64,000 bases of DNA from Eledone cirrhosa (lineage: Eukaryota), in the NCBI GenBank assembly GCA_964016885.1, contig OZ024740.1:30380001-30444000 (forward strand), read 5' to 3'. Shown piece after piece: positions 12,260-23,898 of this stretch. A model generated the notes under the pieces. That model saw only the letters and a list, made by a program, of their open reading frames with translations, had not been told where the DNA came from and made no database searches. Position numbers and translations under genes: made by a program. Each line of letters starts with the position of its first letter. Within the stretch, counting starts at the first letter, position 1.

Positions 12260-12572
12260 CTCGTCACTCCTGATAGAGTCGTAGGGGCACCATATTGACA
12301 TACGGCATTTCTTGAACATTTTAAGCCTGGCAGAGCCAATCCCCCCAGGCCTGAGTACAGCAGATTTCCTCCAGAGAAAGATAGAAAGTTAGAGAGAGAG
12401 GAAATGAGAAAGAGATATAGAGGAAGAATCGACCCCAGTACTAGACTGCTACTTTTTTTTATTGACCTCGAAAGGATGAAAGGCAAAGTTGACCTCAGCG
12501 GGATTTGAACTCTGAGAGCAGAGAGCTGGAATGAATACCATAAAGCATTCTAATGACTGCCAATTCGCCACC
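12260..12572 (-). mobile_element. SINE family C (family A-like domain plus extended CT-rich body); copies at ~14150-14520, 25517-25766, 27020-27177 and a body fragment at 10560-10720
   Basis: Shared ctctggaggaaatctgctgtactcaggcctgg...aatatggtgcccctacgact body. Confidence 0.75.
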
Positions 12573-12862
12573 TGCACATGTATACTTAATTATTTCCTTG
12601 AAAGAGCCTTTGGTTATAGAAAAGCTCTGTTCTGTGGCATTGAGCTTTTGAGCTTATATTTCACCTAGAAAATGTAATTCCTTTGTAAATTGATGTATGT
12701 CAAATAGGCTACGTTAAAATGGTTCTGTAAGGTAGCTAATTAGCATTTAGCATGCTGAATCTTTTTAATGAATTGCTTCCCTTGATACTGCACTATGTAT
12801 TAAGGGGGAGATTACTCTATCGGTGACATACTGTGCCTAAAGCGCCCAGAAGATTAAATTAT

Positions 12863-13926
12863 AGGTGAGTGAGAATTGTCGGGAGTTCCACAAGTCCCTT
12901 GTTGTGAACTACATTGACTTCAGGAAAGCTTTCGACAGTGTTCATCGGGAGTCATTGTGGAAGATTGTAAGACTCTACGGTGTCCCAGAGAAATATATTA
13001 ACATCTTCAGGTCGCTGTACCAACATTCCAGGTGCTGCGTTAGGACAAAGGACGGAAACACGGAAATGTTTGACATCTTGATGGGTGTTCGACAAGGCTG
13101 CCTCCTTTCGCCTTTCCTTTTCCTCATTGTCATCGATTTTATCATGAAGACAATGAGTGACCCTCGTTTTGGTATCAGTTGGGATGGAAGGAGATTAAGC
13201 GACCTGCACTTTGCCGATGACATCGCAGTGATAGTCCATTCCTGAGAAGACCTGCAAGAGATGACAAACGTTCTAAATGACAATGCAGAGAAAGTTGGCC
13301 TGCGCATCAGTTGTGAAAAAACCAAGACCATGTCGACAGGTGACCCTCCAAATCCTCCCATCATGGTTGGTCAGCGTAACATTGAATGTGTAAACCACTT
13401 CCAATACCTTGGCAGCAACATCTCTGACGATAGGGATGCTGAGGTGGATGTGCGCACAAGGCTGGGAAAAGCAGCGGCGGTCTTCCAGCGACTCCGTCCG
13501 GTATGGTGCAGGTGTTCCATCGGCAACGCCGTCAAATTCGGTGTTTACATGTCCATTGTAGTTGCATTCGTACCATATTGAAAATTTCATGGAGAGACCA
13601 AGTTAGCAACGAGGAAGTGATGAGGAGGTCAGGATTGGAGACGTTAAGGGACATTGTCCGGAAAAGGAGACGGCGGTTCGCGGGCCACATCCTTCGTTTG
13701 CCGGCAGATCGACCTGCTCATATTTCCATGGATTGGGTACCAGAAGGTGGCAGGAGAGAACGGGGAAGACCACGAAAAACATGGCGGAGCACATTCAGGG
13801 AGGACTGCAGGAGATGGGAATTACCTGGAGAGGTGCTAGAAGGGCCGCCAGTGACAGGATCAAGTGGAGGAAGCTCGTCGCCCAATGTTCCACAAGGGAC
13901 TGGAGGAACTAAGACTAAGACTAAGA
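12863..13926 (+). mobile_element. RTE-clade LINE, 5'-truncated RT plus C-terminus, internally deleted
   Basis: YIDFRKAFDSVHRESLW, GVRQGCLLSPFLF, LHFADD, FQYLGS, RRRRFAGHILR; (ACTAAG)n tail. Confidence 0.95.
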
Positions 13927-13994
13927 GAATTGTAATAGAAAAATAATATGTCAGTAAACATATCAATAAAAATGTATGGATTGAATTAATGCAC

Positions 13995-14053
13995 CTGAAT
14001 GTTGCTGGCTTTAGTTCTTCCATCTTAAGGTAGGACACATCCAAATATACACC
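13995..14053 (-). pseudogene. MRM1: MRM1-like exon GVYLDVSYLKMEELKPATF
   Basis: Long pyrimidine tract plus AG, GTGCAT donor. Continues the HQ|GV motif. Confidence 0.85.
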
Positions 14054-14789
14054 CTAGAAGGAAAGAGAAATTAAAGAAAAATATAAAGAAAAGTGAATAT
14101 GTTTTTAACTATTTATTACTAGACACAAAATAAGAGGCAAAAAAGCAAAACAAAAAAAGGAGGAAAACAAGGGCAACTATTAATATGTATGTATGGTCCC
14201 GTAACTCCTGTAGTTGTGGTAGGGCCCCGTATTTACATACAACATTTCTAGTGCATTTTTTAAAAACCTGGCGGAGCCCAACACCGCTCCAGGTGTGAAT
14301 ACAGCTAGATTTCTTCCAGAGAAGGATAGAAAGTGAGAGAACAGGAGTCAGAAAGATATATAGAGGAAAAATCAACCCCCAGTACTTGACTGGTACTTTA
14401 TTATTGACCTAAAATGGATGAAAGGCAAAGTTGACCTCGGCGGGATTTGAACTCAGAGAGCTGAGAGCCGGAATGAATACCACAAGGCATTCTATCTGAT
14501 ATTCTAACGACTCTGCCAATTATTACTTATTAATATAAAACAGCTAAAAGGTTCTGTTGATAAATAAATATATATTTCTTTCTTATTTAACAACAAATTC
14601 AATTTCTATTTTTCTTTTCTTGTAATGGGTAGTATCTTTGATTGAATAAACTCCAGCATATTATTGGTACTACAAGCTAAAACCATAAATATACTAAAAG
14701 CACACCACATGTGGGCCATTGCTTTAGCAGGTGGAAATGTCAAAGTTGTGATATTTATGTCTTTGTCTAAAATATTAGTTGGGTTCAGT

Positions 14790-15625
14790 GAAATGTAGAG
14801 ACTTCTGGTGTCCTTGGCTCTAGGACCACCTCCTTACTCACCACCATCGGCACAGAGTTGGTTACCCGCAGGTGTGACCCTTGTGAGCTGAACTGTCTCT
14901 TCCAATGCATCTCTCTCACCATCTGGAACCCCTATCTTGCTCAGAACATTGACTTCCTGGAAACCTTTCAGAGACGTGCAACCAAGCGAATACCCTCCAT
15001 CAGGCATCTACCATACTCTGAATGCCTTGATTCCCTGGGCATGGATACATTGAAGCTCCGATGTCTGGCAACTGACTTGGTAAACACCCACAAAATTATT
15101 AACCATTTTGCCAACAACAACCCTGAGCGCCTTTTTGAATTCCATGTGTCTAACACACGTAGACATGCTTACACAGTCAGAAAACAGCACAATTCCCATG
15201 ACTTTCGGAAACATTTTTTCATGCTCAGAGTTGCTGAAGCATGGAACAAACTCCCTGCATCAGTTATTAGTTGTCGAGACACTGCATCCTTTAAGGCCTC
15301 CATGCTTCCCGAGATCCGCCAACACTACACCCCTCCATACACATGCACACATGTATTTCATGACTCATACACTGTTCACTTTCCTGACATTTGTACATTA
15401 TTCTATGTACTATACATGCACCTTTGATGAGTTGTAGTGCACCTGAGCACTGTACACAATAATTTCATTATTATTATTTATCCTCCCAGGAAACACCTTC
15501 TCTATTCTGTTTGCTGGGACCATGGGACAGTCAGCACATGAGCCCTCATTTGCTTATAATAGTAAGAGATGGATACAGTGGCTATACCAGCATTGCTGCA
15601 GTATTTTATAGTTAAAGTTTATCCA
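14790..15625 (+). repeat. Dispersed 'satellite-parent' repeat containing one 49-bp monomer (14802-14848), interrupted by a CR1 insertion
   Basis: Collinear with 51061-51260 and 53113-53160. Confidence 0.85.
14920..15478 (+). mobile_element. CR1 LINE 3' fragment
   Basis: WNPYLAQNID...NTRRHAYTVRKQH...LRVAEAWNKLP and (ATT)n tail. Confidence 0.9.
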
Positions 15626-15771
15626 CATATAGCTATATAATTTTTCTAAATATCCCTCAGTGAAATGGTTGTAACATGAGAACTGATATTAATTCCCTGT
15701 AACTCTGCAGCTCATTTTGTTCATGATAATAACGATGATGACAGAAGACTTTAACAGTAGACTAAGTTTAT

Positions 15772-16006
15772 CTGGTGAGGCCTTGAACCAGACAATTTAT
15801 CAAGTTCATGTTTGTGAATAGCATTCACTGTGAGGTTGCGTTCAACACAAAGGGAGATAATCTGCTGCAACAATTTGGACCGTTGATCTGAAGTTTTTTG
15901 TATAAAAAGTTTATGACAGGCACGGCTCTTCTTCTTCAAAGCAAGGAGAACAGGATGAATTCCAAACAAAATCTCGCCTACAATTCTCTAATTCTGGATA
16001 TATGTT
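15772..16006 (-). pseudogene. MRM1: MRM1-like exon, N-terminal substrate-binding domain (GEILFGIHPVLLALKKKSR...LDKLSGSRPHQ)
   Basis: ORF track 15751..15969 and ttttccAG acceptor. There is an in-frame TAG near the 5' end, and the donor reads ATAAAC instead of GTAAAC (15771-15770). Confidence 0.88.
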
Positions 16007-16087
16007 CTGGAAAACAAAATAAATACCCTACTATTTATTAAGAAAAATACTTAATGGTACTCTACTAAAAAATATGTGTACATTAAT

Positions 16088-16428
16088 CATCATCATCATC
16101 ATCATCATTTTACGTCTGCTTTTCCCTGCTTGCAAGGGTGGGACGGGAACTGATTGAGGCTTGATTTCTACAGCTGGATGCCCTTCCTAACACCAACCTC
16201 ATTTACAGTGAGTGTTGGGTGCTATTTTGCCGTGGCACCTCCACGACCACTTTGCAGTGGAATGACAGGGACCCCAGTCCCTATCATCTCATTTCTACAG
16301 CTGAGTAAACTGCAGCAATGTGAAATAAAGTGTCTTGCTCAAGGAAACAACACATCACCCGGTCTGAGAATTCAACTCACAACCTTTCAATTGCAAGGCC
16401 AATGCTCTAACCACTAAGCCATGTGCCT
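16088..16428 (-). mobile_element. CORE-type SINE B, full length
   Basis: ggcacatggcttagtggttagagc tRNA-like head through to (GAT)n tail. Confidence 0.88.
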
Positions 16429-16608
16429 AAATTAATGTCTATGGCAAATTTCTACGGCCAGATGTCCTTCATGACGCCAACCATACCTCACTTAAATTTA
16501 AGTAAAATTTTATAATAATCATCATTCTTCCATCTTAAATGTCAGCATGGGCTGCAAAAATGATAATGATTATTATTATTTTTATTATTAGTGATCTTTC
16601 AATATTAG

Positions 16609-17753
16609 TACAAGTTCCCAACTTACAAACGAGTTACGTTCCAAGGGGACATTAGTTGATTTGTTTGTAAGTTGATCGTCTAACACAGTACATACTAGTA
16701 AGCCTATTTATGTTGCATTGATATTGCAGGTTTCCATATGAGTGATATATATACAGCATATAGAGGTATATATACAGTATAGAGAGATATATATAACATG
16801 TAATATACATATATATATACAGTATATAGAGGTATATATAACATGTAATATAGACGTATGTATATCATATTTAGAGGTATATATAACATGTAATATATAT
16901 ATATAGAGAGAGAGAGTATATAGAGGTATATATAACATAATACAGATATATATATATATATATACAGTATATAGAGGTATATATACACAGTATGTAGCAG
17001 TATATATAACATGTAATATAGAGGTATATATAGAGTATGTAGCGGTATATATACAGTATGTAGCGGTATATATACAGTATATAGAGGTATATATACAGTA
17101 TATAGAGGTATATATACAGTATATAGAGGTATATATATAGTATATAGATGTATATATACAGTATATAGAGGTATGTATACAGTATATAGAGGTATATATA
17201 CAGTATATAGAGGTATATATACAGTATATAGAGGTATATATATAGTATATAGATGTATATATACAGTATATAGAGGTATATATACAGTATATAGAGGTAT
17301 GTATACAGTATGTAGCGGTATATATACAGTATATAGAGGTATATATACAGTATATAGAGGTATATATACAGTATATAGAGGTATATATACAGTATATAGA
17401 GGTATATATACAGTATATAGAGGTATATATATAGTATATAGATGTATATATACAGTATATAGAGGTATATATACAGTATATAGAGGTATATATACAGTAT
17501 ATAGAGGTATATATAACATGTAATAATGAATTTAAATACTGTAAAGTTAATGACATTAAACTGTTGAAGAAAAAAAGTACTTTTTCAATTCTGCGAAACC
17601 TGAATGGTATCCCATACTGTAGGCACGATTGAAGGAACCCAAGCCTGAAAGACCCAAATTTCAAACTCAGACAAAATTCTTTTTTTTTTTTATGAGGCTC
17701 TTCATATCTGCAGACGTTCATAAGTAGGATGTTTGTAAGGCAGGAACTTACTG
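16609..17753. mobile_element. Degenerate Tigger-like MITE containing a 21-bp minisatellite (~16750-17520)
   Basis: aagttcccaacttacaaac versus gtttgtaaggcaggaactt ends; unit cagtatatagaggtatatata. Confidence 0.6.
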
Positions 17754-17793
17754 TTTATAAAATGAACGAGAATAATATAAAAGTAAAAGGTAC

Positions 17794-17853
17794 CTAATTT
17801 TTTGTCAAATTTCGAATGATTTATTTGGGAATTTTTTTATTAACACCCAGAAA
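17794..17853 (-). pseudogene. Probable small MRM1-like exon (60 nt), stop in every frame
   Basis: tattcttttcAG acceptor and AG|GTACC donor, positioned between the presequence exon and the LFGIHP exon. Confidence 0.45.
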
Positions 17854-18366
17854 CTGAAAAGAATAATCACATAAAAGTTCCATGCATCATTTGATGATAT
17901 TTATTTTATGATCACTCAGTAGACTCTGTAAAGTGGTTGGTGATAAGAAGGGTATGCAGCCAGACAAAACCTGCCAATCAAAGGGGTCAGGAAGACTCTT
18001 CAATTATGTCAAAGAATGACAACTTCCATAGTGTTGGCGTCATGATAAATTACACTCGGTAGAGAACGAGATTCTAAGCAGGGGTCCGAACTAACATGGA
18101 AGACAAAAGCTCTGCTTGAGTACAGACTGGTCAGTGATCAGATGTCCAACATCCGACTCTTGGTAGCAGGGAAAACACGTTAAATGATGATACTACAGTT
18201 ACTATATATCCCTTCTATGGTGTTTGTGTTCAAAATTTCATAAATGGAATCTACAAAATGGTGGTTTACAGAGTAATGGTTGGGAAGGTAGGGATAGAAA
18301 CATCAGATATCAGTTACAATCATCAATGACCTTCCTAACACGAACTGTGTGTATGTGTGTGTGTAT

Positions 18367-18755
18367 ATCATCATCATCACCGTTTTACGTCAATGTTTCC
18401 ATGCTATCATAGGTTAGACAGGTTGTCCTGTTGTGGGCAATGCCAGGTCAGGTGACCATGTCTTACTCATACAGGACTGATTTTGGCTCGGTTTCTACAG
18501 CTGGATGCCCTTCCTAACACCAACCTCATTTACAGTGAGTGCTGGGTGCTTTTTTGCCATGGCACCTCCACGACCACTTTGCAGTGGAATGACAGGGATC
18601 CCAGTCCCTATCATCTCATTTCTACAGCTGAGTAAACTTGTGCAATGTGAAATAAATTGCCTTGCTCAAGAAAACAACACATCACCGGTCTGAGAATTGA
18701 ACTCACAACCTTTCGATTGCAAGGCCAATGCTCTAACCACTAAGCCATGTGCCTC
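18367..18755 (-). mobile_element. CORE-type SINE B, full length
   Basis: Same as the 16088 copy. Confidence 0.88.
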
Positions 18756-19253
18756 CATTATACATACATATATAGAAATTTGTAGATGAAAGATCAAGGA
18801 AAACAGTGCTCAATCTGTTGCAAGAGAGCTTAGTATAAACTGCCTGTCTACATGCCTGAATATACCAGTTTAAAGGTGCCTCCTCCAATATACAGTGGTG
18901 GCCATAACTGGACCCCGAAACCAATGGTCACACATATATGTTAAATGTACGAAACCTTATTGCTATTTCAGAGCACCAATCCTAATACCTAATTTTTGCT
19001 GGACCGGCAATCACTCTGTATAATCAGCTCCCGATTATTACTGGAATTCTATAAGAATCCAGCTTCTATAATTTTCAGCAGAAGCAGGGGTGCTGATAAT
19101 TGCCAACCAGTGTGAAACAGACTGCCAGCTTCTCTCCCTTCTTTCACCGAAAAGAAGTGACATAGTCACTACTTTAAAACCGATAGTGTATGGTCTTCTA
19201 AATGTTTGTAATTAAACATACGGTATATTGCCAAATATACTATACATACATTG

Positions 19254-19288
<35 letters not shown>

Positions 19289-19472
19289 GACATATATATA
19301 TATATATTTAAATATTTCTGTGGAAAAGGTAAAGGATAGAAGAGTGTTCTATATATAATACAGAGCTATATATATATATATATATGTAAACGGTAAACAG
19401 AAATAACAACACAATCTGTACAGTATATGGAAGGTATATATTAGGTTAACGCTTGATATAGCAGGAAGATGG

Positions 19473-19508
19473 TCTTAACGTTTCAGACGCTAGTCCTTCA
19501 TCAGAAGA
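19473..19508 (-). ncRNA. Minimal type I hammerhead ribozyme in a Penelope-like pLTR remnant (~19385-19920)
   Basis: TCTT CTGATGA A GGAC tagc GTCT GAAA CG TT^AAGA; element ends in (TA)n. Confidence 0.75.
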
Positions 19509-19955
19509 AAGAACAAGAAATAAAATAGATTGAGGGGACAGGCGGGATGGAATTGGAAAAAATGTCTTTAGATAAAAATAACAGGTCCATTCGTGTTGAC
19601 ATCTCTGATTTTGAATTTGTTTTGCAAGATTTCTTATCTGAAAATGTGTGTTAAAACTGATATTGTTATGCTTTGGGAGGGTCATGCTGCCAATAAAAAC
19701 AAAAACAAGATGGTGTAGGACAGAACAATGGAGGGACACAGAATAAGAAATCAGTTATTGAGGAGGTCACAGAATGTGTGATGAAAGAGCTTTGACAATA
19801 TATAAACAACCATCCGATTACTGAATCAACCAACCAACCGGAAATTTATAATAAATTGAAGTGAAACCAACAAGTGTGTGTGTTTTTATTGCCAGCATGA
19901 CCCTCCCAAAGTATAACAATATATATCATCATTATCTATAAAAAGCAGATTGTTG

Positions 19956-19997
<42 letters not shown>

Positions 19998-20706
19998 ATG
20001 TTCCATGTTTATACATTTGCAGAATTTTAAACTGATTCGATGTAAGAATGTTGTAAATGGTCTAACTTAGGTCAACGACTATTTATTTATTTCAAACTCA
20101 CCCACAATTAAGGAAATAATCGATAAAACTAAATACATGACGCTTTACCCCTCTAATACAATCTAATATCCTCTCTCTACTCCCCTTAAAATTCGATAAA
20201 ACTACATACATGCTGCAACTTTCTTATATACGCTTAAACTTACAAACTTCCTTTAGGAACGCCGAAGAGAGGAGAGTGAGAGAGAGAGAGAGAGAGAGAG
20301 CGTTTGTTTTTGAGTGTGGAACGGTCAAACATTTATTTACTTCAATGACAACAAAGATTATTACATTTCATATGAAACAACAATTATTCAAAAGCAACAG
20401 ATAAATTTATTCAACAACAAAAAAACAGCAATAAATCTTTTTTAAAACATCTCTCAACGAATGTGGAAGAAAGAAGTATCAGTTTATTTACTATACACAA
20501 TAATATACTCTATGGGTTCACTAAACCTGCTAGAAACAGCAGCTAACTCTCCCCGATATCTCACCCCTCCCTACTGTTTTAAATTTAGAAAACACACATT
20601 AGACAACCATGCAGAACAACTCTATCGCAGCTCTGTTGTTCGGCTGGCATCGTCTACGCGCGTGTTGCGCAAGTACTGTGAAACAATAAATTTCAACACT
20701 TCTTTG

Positions 20707-21003
20707 TGTGGTTAGAAAAAGCTATCTCACTTACCGCTTTTCACCGGCGCCGCTAAATTCCACTGCAGGTTACTCCTCTTCCACGTGCCTCCAACTGCGT
20801 AACACCGGGAGCTGCCCAAAACTCGCGTCCACACCGTTTGCTGGTCACCACTAGAGAGAGGCCCTCTGCTGGCCCTTCCGGTCGAGCATCCTTCCGGCCA
20901 AAACACCCTTCCGGTCGAGCACTCCCCCGCCTCCGGCCACCGCACACCCTTCCGGTCGAGCACTCCCCCGCCTCCGGCCACCGCACGCCACACCATACCC
21001 ACA
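20707..21003 (-). repeat. 3' LTR (297 bp, includes an extra 41-bp tandem unit)
   Basis: Direct alignment with 23911-24166. Confidence 0.95.
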
Positions 21004-21017
21004 CGGCCCCCCTGATC

Positions 21018-23149
21018 TCAAGGATCAATTTCCCCCTCGTCCCTCTGCATATGAAAGTCTGCTGTCCAGGTCGGTGGTCTACGACTTCGTTGCGATCTTC
21101 GTAGTATTGGGGCAGAGCTCTGGGTCTCCACCTCATCTTGGGTTTCCTCTTCCTCGGAGTCCGTCGACACAGTGATTCTTCTTACATCCAGGACATGACA
21201 CAGGCTCCTATCCACCCCCATGTGGTGCATGTCATGCAACCCCTTCAGGTCTAACTCGGTCAGCCGACACACGGCAGCTATCTCATCCTCTACCTCCTCC
21301 GGCGCTTCCATCCAAGCTTTCTTCACTCTAGTTAAGATGTCCGCCCTATTTTTCTCTGAGGGCACGAACACTACGCTCAGCTTCAGGTCGAACTCGGTGG
21401 CCAGCTCTCCTAACGTTCCCAGGCGGCGCTTTATCAGCATCTCTGCCGCGCCTCTCGTTCGCACTCTCTTCTCACTGGTGAGCAGTGATCTTACCCATCT
21501 GAGTACAGTAGCCGAGTCGGTGCGTATCTCGATGGTGCGCAGCCCCCACCGCAGGGCGAGGTTCACCCCTCTCAACACCGCGTCCAGCTCGGCCATATTG
21601 ATGTGGCTGCAGTCGTCCTTCTTTCTAAGCCAGGCTGCATCCTCGACCTCAACACCTCCTATCTCCAACGTGACACCCAGCGCTATGCTGCTGGCATCGC
21701 ACGATACGGTCCCGCTCTGTGATTTGGGAACGTACCAGCGTCCCCGCACAGGGTCGTCGGCCTTCACCCTCCCCACGATCTCCTGCATCATGGCCACCGT
21801 TCTCTCTCCCACTCTGTCACTCCAAGTCACCCCTCCCGCTCGTCTCTTGATATAGCTGCATGCCGTCCGGAGCCACCCAGCGATCGGGTAGTGACCCACC
21901 AGCTTTCCACACACCGAGAAAAGCTCCCGCCTATTCATACTTGGGCCCAGTTCCGGAACTTCGTTTCCCCTCTGGAACACCAAAACGCCCGTCTTATCTC
22001 GCCGTAGCCTAAGTCCCAGCGCGGGTCCTCCCTCCAATGCTTCTGATGGCTTCGCAGTCAGTCCATACCTCCGCAAATGGCTCGTGACCTCCGCCGTCGA
22101 CACCACCGACTCGTCCACTAGGATGTTGTCAATATAGGAGTTAGTAGCCCTCTTTATCTTGTCGGCCCTCCCCAGAGCGGTCTTGAGGACCGCCGCCATG
22201 ATCTTCGGTGCGGAGCTCAGCCTGAAACCGAGCCTGGTCAGGCAATATGTCCGGCCCTTATACCTGACCAGCTGATACCACCAGAGCTTCTCATCTATAT
22301 GCAACTGCAAGTAAGCCGACTTTAGATCCACGATCGCTGAACCCCCCGTCATGCGTCTCCACTCATGCAGGGTTTCCCCACAGACATCCATGACCTCGCC
22401 ACCCGTGTGGCATGACACGTGCTCGTTCAGCTCCCAATAGTCCAGCACCGACCTCACCTTGCTCTTCGTGGGTTGCACCACCCCCATCAACGGCAATACT
22501 CCGCACTTCACCTCCTCCTTCCAGGGAAGCAGTATGCCCTCTTCGATCCATCTTCTCGCTCGAACTCGCTCCTAGCGTTTCCCTTCAATGTGTGTTGATA
22601 GCAGCCCACTTTGGTCTTCAGTGTTGGTGGTTCTCCCTTCCAGTACCACTCAACAATCCATCGCTGCCCATCAAACACGTCCTTGAAGTCTTTGTCCTGT
22701 ACAGTGTAAGCGGGGTATTCCTCCTCGTGGGCCTTCTGGTTCTCATGACGTGCACTCACAGCGCATACCGATGCAGCGGCGCCAAACGACACACCGACAT
22801 TGTTCACCGTGACGCCCCCTAGACGGCCAATCACGTCCATGCCCATAACCACGCCGATCCCATCCACCACACTGTCTACCACGATGGCGGAAAGCCTTAT
22901 CCTCCTTCCCCGTACCGCTATTTCCATCTCGCTGCGACCTCGGCATTCAATTTTCCTGCCGTCGACTGCCCTTACGCTGCTCTTCCCTCCCCACCTCTGC
23001 GCCACCCCCGCGATCACCAGTGTCGTCGTACAGCCCGTATCCACGAGGGCTCGCTGTGGCTTCCCCCTCATGAAGACTTCCACCACGGGCAGCGCCGCTA
23101 CTCGTAAGGGGCAACTACCGGCGCAGTAGTTCCCCTTGGATCGTTTCCC
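21018..23149 (-). pseudogene. pol: pol: aspartic protease (ALVDTGC), RT (VDLKSAYLQ, YIDNI), RNase H (CDAS...HINMAEL...TDS...NRAD), truncated integrase
   Basis: ORF track 22508..23086 and 21018..22511. Frameshift near 22555, and the YxDD motif is mutated to YIDN. Confidence 0.92.
23092..23149 (-). promoter_or_regulatory. -1 ribosomal frameshift signal: G GGA AAC plus 5-nt spacer plus H-type pseudoknot
   Basis: Heptamer is in the gag frame and the -1 frame is open into the protease. S1 AAGGGGAACUAC/GUAGUU(G)CCCCUU; S2 GCGCCG/CGGCGC. Confidence 0.85.
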
Positions 23150-23830
23150 TGGTCGCAGTTAGTAGCGATGTGGCCGGGTCGCTTACACCGGTAGCAAATT
23201 ATCTCCAGCTTCGACTCTCTACAGTCTCTAGCCATGTGCGGGCCCTGGCACCGAAAACAGCGCCCTCTAAACGCAGCGTGCCGAGGTTGCCTACCTTTCA
23301 CCATTTCGCTGCCAGGTGTCCTGAGCCTCCGTAGTTGCTATCGCCGCAACACTCTTTTTGGCATCTTCCGCTATGATCCGGGCTTGTTCCACCAGTGAAC
23401 GCATTTCCATCTCTTTATAACCCGGGACTTGCTGCAGTTTCACTGCTATGTCGTCCGGAAATCCATTGATGAACGCCAACCGCACCGTGCGTTCGCATTC
23501 CGCCTGGTAACCGGCCAACATAGCCAACCGCCGAATTTCCGCTGCGAAAATGTCGACGCGCTCACCATTCCACCTGATTTTCGCAAGCTTAGCAAAAGCC
23601 GCCAACGGTCCCTCGGCGAATGCATCCATCAGACGCCTCTCAATCTTCTGCGCATCTCTTTGGCTGTGCTCGTCCAACTCAAGGAAGAGTACCAACGCGT
23701 CGCTCTCGAGGTACAAAGCCATGAGGCCGGCCACGTCCTCTATCTTCTGCAAGCTTGCGACCAGCCGAACCTTCCGCAGCCAAGCGACAACATCACCTTC
23801 CCCGGTGAATGCTCTGATAGCTTCGTTCAT
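23098..23830 (-). pseudogene. gag: gag with two CCHC zinc knuckles; one frameshift near 23295
   Basis: MNEAIRAFTGEGDVVAWL..., CFRCQGPHMARDC, CYRCKRPGHIATNC. Confidence 0.9.
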
Positions 23831-23898
23831 CCGTAGTCTTGTCACTATCTTCTGATTTGTCTTGCGGCAAGTGTTTTTTTTTTTGTTTTTTTTCAGTC

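Noticed and set aside
12859-12870. AG|GTGAGT recursive splice site
   Set aside because: No pyrimidine tract, and it coincides with the RTE 5' truncation junction.
15770-15771. U12-type AT-AC intron explaining the AT donor
   Set aside because: ATAAACTT does not match the ATATCCTT consensus, and the intron ends in AG.
16370-16428. tRNA genes at SINE heads
   Set aside because: They have A/B boxes but no complete cloverleaf and continue into SINE bodies present in many copies.
16704-17721. 271- and 337-aa ORFs
   Set aside because: Produced by the 21-bp minisatellite.
21220-23855. Plus-strand ORFs within the LTR element
   Set aside because: Antisense shadows of GC-rich gag/pol with no recognisable motifs.
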